Shown here: positions 61,601-64,000 of the stretch, one piece after another | Numbering within the stretch: the stretch's first letter is position 1 | How the letters are laid out: the number at the start of each line of letters is the position of its first letter | From: Harriotta raleighana | Taxonomy: Eukaryota | Length of the DNA stretch: 64,000 nt | Reading direction: 5' to 3' | Assembly: GCA_050575255.1 (NCBI GenBank) | Contig: JBNZDD010013634.1 | Span: forward strand, 3,073,538-3,137,537 | The notes under the pieces: model-generated | What the model saw: only the letters and a program-made list of their open reading frames with translations | Told to the model about the DNA's origin: nothing | Database searches by the model: none | Position numbers and translations under genes: made by a program

Positions 61601-64000
61601 GTCCCTTTCGAACTGGCAGTGCCATGAATTTAGGACTGAGTTCATACCCCTCCGATGGGAAAGCATCTGGCGCTTTGCCACGGATTAGAGTGAGTTCGGA
61701 AATTGAGCATCATGAACGATTTGAGCCCGTGCCCCACCACACCATTTACTGCAAGCCCAATGTACTAAACTGCTACTTTGTCCTTACCCAGGGAATTTTT
61801 AAATTCATTTTAAAACTGTTTGTATTTCCTCCCACTTTCGAGGCACCGTCCATCACACTCCACCTGAGGAGGCGGGCAGGTAACTCTCTTGGGTGCTCCT
61901 GCTTTTGGCTGCTTTGTAAGTGATAGCTAGGAGTAGTTGTTTAAGAGAGGCCCAGATGACATCCCCCTTTCATTTGCCCTCCCTCCCTGTGGGGAAGCTA
62001 CGTTTGTTTCTGGTGGAGCTGCCGTATTTGGGGAATCACACACACAAGGTCAAAGCCTCACACAGAATATCAGAGCTCATTCTATGGAGAGAGTACTGTT
62101 GGATGCCACAGCTGGCAGCTGAGATACAGACAACATTAATAGATGGAAACAATTACTAACAGAGCTTATGAGAAATATAAAAAGTCATTAAGATTTTGAG
62201 ACTACGACTCGTTCACACAATAATAACTTTCTTTTATAGTGCTCCAAACATTGACATCTGCTGCACACTTATTTTGAAGTACATATTCTTGCCGAGACTT
62301 TACTAGGTTTTAAATAAATTATGTGATGTTTAAGGGAAGCTCTTCAAAGCACACACCTCATTATCGAGTAAAATTACAACATTCAACTTATCTCCAAGTG
62401 GGTCTATACTCAGCTAATTATTTTAGAATTAAAGCAGTTCCTTTGAAGCATGTCCGTGAAATGCATAATTAAAGTATCCTGTGTTCTGTCACATTATTAA
62501 ACAACTAATTGAAAATCATATAATGAGACACATTATTTATGCATTTGTGTATCACCAAAACCCATTGAGCTTGGCTTTCTATTATTGCTGAAGAGTCTAT
62601 TTCTGAAATGCTGAGGCAACGCTTCTGAGCATTGCTGTTGAGGATATTGGTGCTGGAGATGAAATGAAACCCAATGTGAAGGAAATAGCTTCTAGTGGTG
62701 AAGTGGATCGCACATCCCCTTCATACTGCTAAGGTAATGGCTTTGTGTTTCTGCTGCTGCATGAGTCACTGACTAATATAGTTGATGACTCAGGGATGGA
62801 CCCCAAAATCAACTTGCTACTGATATTAAGGAAGTTTTTTGTGGAGCCAGTTTGGGTAAACTATGCACTGACTGCATAAGCTGGGCCCATGGTCACCTGA
62901 CCAACTTTCACTCACATAGGAAGGAGTATGTGAATTTGCAGAGAGAGGAAAATGCATTTCATGGACAAACTGAGTGGAAGAAGATTTACAGTGCTTTACA
63001 CTGCACCTGAGTTCCAATGCTCCTGGCATGGGAGTGCTCAATGTTGACCCTTGATGTTCAAAGCAGATAATGTTTAATTCCCTCACCCACTAACACTCTT
63101 GCCTTGATGTTGATGTGCCAGAAGGGAAGGTATCTCTGAAGATATCAGAGTCTCTGAGGTCACTTCAAACTTACTTTATTCTCTCATGGCAAAGTTAATT
63201 TTGTATTCTTTTCAGTGTTGTGATGAGTAGTCTTCAGTTTCTTCACAGCTTATGTGGCTTTGTTTCCCAGTTGTCAATATAATCGCCCTTGAAAGCCTAT
63301 AGATCTAATGTCCAGGTGGTTCTCTGCAGATATTTCAGATTGCTACACTGGGTTTTAAGGAAGCAATGGCTCTATTGGGAAATATATCAGCAGTGTTTTC
63401 CAGCTGCGTTTGTAAATATGCAACTCAATAACATGTGTTATGTCAACAAGAAGGCCGTATTTTGTTTAACCTTTAATTACCTAACTTATAATTAAATCTC
63501 ATTCTGTCAAGAATTCTGTACCTCCATGTACCTACAAAGACCTTTTTTTTAAAAGAAATACAAGAAATATTGAAATCACTGCGAGGCCAAACTCAAATGT
63601 CCTTCCTTTAATATTTTCTAGTTTCTTACACAATAGCAGAATTTACCTGCAACAACATTGGAATACGTTCAATTGTTATATTTTTCAAGTACCTATGTGA
63701 CCAGGAACTTCAAGGCAAAGCTTGTGACAACTGAGGTGACTTGTCCATGTCTACTTAGATAGAAGGGTATTGGGTCTCTGAGATCGGTGAAATCTAAGAC
63801 ACTTACTCGCCTACTTTTAGGGCATTGTTGGACCTTTGTGTTTCCATATTGAAGTAGAGGGAATGTAAGGGGCAGTGTAGCAATAGTTCTTATGCTATCT
63901 TTCATTTTTACATATTACTGCATTATAGAACAATTATTTTAAACTATAACTTTTAATCCTCTTAAATAACTGTATCAAAACGTTCCAGTAATCTAGGCCA

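Overview
AT-rich, CpG-depleted vertebrate non-coding DNA (intronic or intergenic), most likely from a cartilaginous fish. A holocephalan such as elephant shark is the best guess, because the dominant tRNA-headed SINE with an (ATT)n tail resembles the Callorhinchus SINE2-1_CM type as I recall it; this was not checked against a database. I can support no host protein-coding gene, and the listed ORFs are chance frames or retroelement remnants. There are no rRNA genes, genuine tRNA genes or CRISPR arrays. The window contains about 30 SINE copies of at least three related architectures (short young form, longer form with an extra middle segment, older Deu-domain form), about 19 L2-type 3' ends (mostly very short) with (TTG)n tails, CR1 and L2 ORF2 fragments, three LF-SINE-like relics, a 978-bp TA-flanked Tigger/pogo-like non-autonomous element with a CpG-rich core, two TTAA-flanked piggyBac-like miniature elements, several enhancer-like repeat-free blocks and three single-N assembly joins. 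The best sequence-derived signals are a covarying 3' stem-loop shared across the SINE and L2 tail families, the modular SINE series, the LF-SINE-like copies and a strong strand bias of the L2 tails. I did not find a convincing new biological system. Family names come from remembered consensus sequences and need Dfam/Repbase confirmation. Boundaries of degenerate copies are approximate.
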